Source: a virus. Taken from it: 64,000 nt of DNA. How positions within the stretch are numbered: the stretch's first letter is position 1; every line of letters begins with the position of its first letter. The notes beneath the pieces were generated by a model. It saw only the letters and a program-made list of their open reading frames with translations. It was not told the DNA's origin and did not search any database. Of this stretch, positions 61,539-64,000 are shown piece after piece. The position numbers and the translations under genes were made by a program. The stretch lies in the IMG/VR virus record IMGVR_UViG_3300037307_000721; one strand, given 5' to 3'.

Positions 61539-64000
61539 TCAGAGCACCATTGCCAGGCTTTCGGTGCCGAGCTTCAACGGCGCGCGGCCGTAGATCGTCC
61601 CGATGGTGTTGTCGATGAGCAGCACTTGCCCAGAGGCACCGAGCCGCACGGCGAGCACGTCCACTGCGGTGATGCCGTCCACGCCCGTGCCGACTGCCAG
61701 CACCCCGACCGTGTCGTACGGTAGGTTCTCCCAGGTCGCCCCGGAGCCGACGGGTCCGTAGACCTTCGTGATCGTGCCGGTGCCCGGGTCGATGGAGTAC
61801 ACGCTGTCTTCCCGCGCGAACAGGCACAAGCCACTCGGTCGTCTCGCGAACGGGATCTGCGCCAGGTGCGACGGGAACGCTGGAAGTGCCCAGGCGTGGT
61901 CGGCGGTCCAGCTGCCGCCGCCAACCGTCACGCCGGCCTTCCACGTGGCCTCGTGGGCCACGTAGAGGTAGCTCCCATCCGAGTAGAGCAGGTCCTTGGT
62001 GTCCTCGTCGAAGGCGAGCCACAGTATGGGCACCGTCTCGGTGGACACGCCGCGCTTCGGCATGGTGCGCGCCTTGCCGACGTCCGGGCTGTCAAGCCAC
62101 CAGCGCCGCCACTGGTACGCCGAGACCCCACCGTGCGTGGCGACCGCCCAGAACTGCTCGTCGCCGTCGAACAGGATGCCGGAGAAGTAGGAGCGGTACG
62201 TCTGCTGCTGCCAGCGCGTGTGGTCTCCGATGTAGCCGTTTGCCTGGTGCCGGTGGTAGATGTTGCCCAGCGACCAGTCGCGAGGCCAGGACTCGTCTGT
62301 CGAATCCGGGCGCTTGTAGCCACCGGTGATGCTGCTTGCGTCCATGCGATGGATCTGAATCCAGTCCATCGTGAAGTCGACCATGACGTTCCAGCCCTCG
62401 TCGCTCTGACTGGGGTCTGTGCCGGCCGAAATGATGAGCACGCCGTCCTTCATGAAGGCCGAGCGCGGCTCCGCGTGGTTCGGGCTGCCGATGCCGAGCA
62501 GAGCGTAGTTCGAGGCTACGAGGAAGCTCATCCAGAGCTTGTTGCTGGCCGCGTCGATGATGTCGACGGAGCTCTTGGTGCAAGCGATGAGCGCTGTCTC
62601 GGGGAAGTCCGAGCGGCTGCCTCGATAGCTCCCCGCCGCCTCGACTGCCCAACCCGGACGGTTGGAGAACGAGCCCTCGGTGATGGTCAAGTTCGTGAAC
62701 GTGCAGGTCGAGCTGATCACGTCGTTGTTGAACCAGTGCCCGAGCGTCACCCACATGCGCCGCGACCCATAGGTCATGGTGTAGTTGCCGCCGATTTGGG
62801 CCCAGGCTGAGCCGGTCCAGTACCACGCGGATACCGTGGAACCGACGCGCTTCAAACGCAGCTTCCCGGATGCTCCGGTGTACGCCACGCTGGCGTAGCT
62901 CACATAGCTTCCGTTGTTCTTGACGTCCTTGTCGATCAACTGCGTTCCAGCGCATTTGCGTCGGATGTAGACGTAGTTGTCGTTGTCGAGGTAGAGCTCC
63001 ATGAAGTAGCCGCCGTCGGTGACCGCTCCGGTCGGATTGACCAGGTTCATGAAGTCGACGTCGATGGTGAAGTCTCCGTCAAGATACCAGCGCTGGTTGG
63101 AACCGGTTCGCTGCCAGGCCCCGCCCGCCGTTGCGGCGATGTTGAACCTGAGCTGATTCGTCGATGGGAAGTCGATCGTGCATCCGGCTGTCGGGTAACC
63201 GGAGTTGAGCTTGTCGTTGAACCAGCCGAAGCAGCGCTGGTTGAGCCCGTTCGTCGGATCGCCGAGCGAACCTCCGGTGTAGGAGGGTGGCCCGCACTCC
63301 TCGCCATCCCAGTAGTACTTGCCGTTGCGCCCCGCGCCGAAGTGGCCACTTCCGTGCGCGTGCCACGGGTCCTCGGAGGCCTTGTAGAGGAAGAGTGCGC
63401 GCACATCGGGGCCGTTGAAGGGGTACCGACCCTCGATGTCCTGCACGCCCTGCTTGAGGGTGGCCGGTGGGTCCAGGAGCTGGTTTAGCCCGTCGTAGGC
63501 GCCCGCAAGAGCGTGCACGCTGCCCGCGACGTAGAGCGAGCCGCCGGCGGCCGGGTCCACGAGCGGATCGTCGAGCCAGAGGTAGTATTGATACGGCCGT
63601 CCGGAGTAGGTCTGCAGTGGGAAGTGCAGCCTGTTCGGCCCGCCGATGACCACATCGTCAGCGATGCCCACGCGACGGTGCGAGGGCGGAAGCAGGCCCT
63701 CATCGCTCCACACGTTCAACGTGCCGCCTGCAGCCGAGCTGACAGCGGGACTGCCCTCCAGCCACAGCTGGTGATAGGGCATCGGGCTCACGTTCTGCGC
63801 GGGATGCGGATTCAGCACGTTGAGCGAGCTGTGCCCGGAGTCCTCCCAGGTGGCTGGCGCCGACGGAGACCTGTTCTGGGTGATCAGCCCGACACCGCCC
63901 ATCGTGGGCTCGCCGGAGCCGCCTGCCAGGTATGGACTGCGGTCGCCACCCATCGGGTAGCGGATCTGGTCGGCCACGCCGGCCGTCTTCACCGTGGTGA
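61539..64000 (-). CDS. large structural protein with a ConA/LamG-like beta-sandwich (5' end outside the window)
   Basis: ORF open to the window edge; GDFTIDVDF...KLRLKRVGSTVSAWYW. Confidence 0.7.
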   Translation of the reverse strand, partial: TTVKTAGVADQIRYPMGGDRSPYLAGGSGEPTMGGVGLITQNRSPSAPATWEDSGHSSLNVLNPHPAQNVSPMPYHQLWLEGSPAVSSAAGGTLNVWSDEGLLPPSHRRVGIADDVVIGGPNRLHFPLQTYSGRPYQYYLWLDDPLVDPAAGGSLYVAGSVHALAGAYDGLNQLLDPPATLKQGVQDIEGRYPFNGPDVRALFLYKASEDPWHAHGSGHFGAGRNGKYYWDGEECGPPSYTGGSLGDPTNGLNQRCFGWFNDKLNSGYPTAGCTIDFPSTNQLRFNIAATAGGAWQRTGSNQRWYLDGDFTIDVDFMNLVNPTGAVTDGGYFMELYLDNDNYVYIRRKCAGTQLIDKDVKNNGSYVSYASVAYTGASGKLRLKRVGSTVSAWYWTGSAWAQIGGNYTMTYGSRRMWVTLGHWFNNDVISSTCTFTNLTITEGSFSNRPGWAVEAAGSYRGSRSDFPETALIACTKSSVDIIDAASNKLWMSFLVASNYALLGIGSPNHAEPRSAFMKDGVLIISAGTDPSQSDEGWNVMVDFTMDWIQIHRMDASSITGGYKRPDSTDESWPRDWSLGNIYHRHQANGYIGDHTRWQQQTYRSYFSGILFDGDEQFWAVATHGGVSAYQWRRWWLDSPDVGKARTMPKRGVSTETVPILWLAFDEDTKDLLYSDGSYLYVAHEATWKAGVTVGGGSWTADHAWALPAFPSHLAQIPFARRPSGLCLFAREDSVYSIDPGTGTITKVYGPVGSGATWENLPYDTVGVLAVGTGVDGITAVDVLAVRLGASGQVLLIDNTIGTIYGRAPLKLGTESLAMVL

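Noticed and set aside
1-64000. Many long antisense and alternate-frame ORFs in the six-frame track (for example 199..1422 -, 28504..30501 -, 52140..53804 +, 56165..57838 +)
   Set aside because: Shadow ORFs expected from strong GC3 bias: Arg/Ala/Gly/Pro-rich, no motifs, fully overlapping well-supported genes.
55919-64000. Diversity-generating retroelement acting on tail fibres
   Set aside because: No reverse transcriptase and no TR/VR repeat pair seen in the window.
1-64000. tRNA/rRNA genes, integrase/att sites, CRISPR arrays
   Set aside because: None recognisable by eye; intergenic gaps are short and accounted for. A tRNAscan-SE/Infernal run would be needed to exclude small RNAs formally.

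Overview
This window is a 64-kb segment of a large, high-GC dsDNA tailed phage genome (Caudoviricetes). The baseplate protein suggests a contractile tail. The host is unknown; a high-GC soil bacterium such as Myxococcota is plausible but is inference only. I found no host housekeeping genes, tRNA/rRNA genes, integrase or CRISPR array. Layout: (1) 57-26513, a dense + strand array of about 60 small, translationally coupled early genes, many Cys-rich, including a WGR-domain protein, an M50-like protease, a SAM methyltransferase, an IS66-TnpB-like protein, a Gp88-like Fe-S protein and an HNH endonuclease. (2) 26525-42332, a replication/recombination module: split SF2 helicase, PD-(D/E)XK nuclease, UvrD, an inverted RepA-like AAA helicase, SNF2 helicase, Sak4-like ATPase, DUF669-like SSB, a UDG-family-4 domain and PolA. 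(3) 42343-50597, amidase endolysin, glycosyltransferase and DinG. (4) 50557-54182 on the - strand, small genes, a GGQ release-factor-like protein, and terminase large and probable small subunits. (5) 54327-55912, a + strand five-gene cassette. (6) 55919-64000 on the - strand, tail/baseplate genes. Most striking observations: a four-copy promoter element whose predicted transcripts start with GGG-N-GGG-N-GGG, in a phage carrying five helicases including DinG and UvrD, whose E. coli homologues unwind G-quadruplexes; and three genes in pieces (an SF2 helicase split by an internal promoter, a UDG domain whose catalytic HP motif sits at the PolA N-terminus behind an inserted gene, and a Gp88-like gene whose 3' tail was replaced by an HNH element). 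All family calls come from motif recognition by eye; no database search was run.
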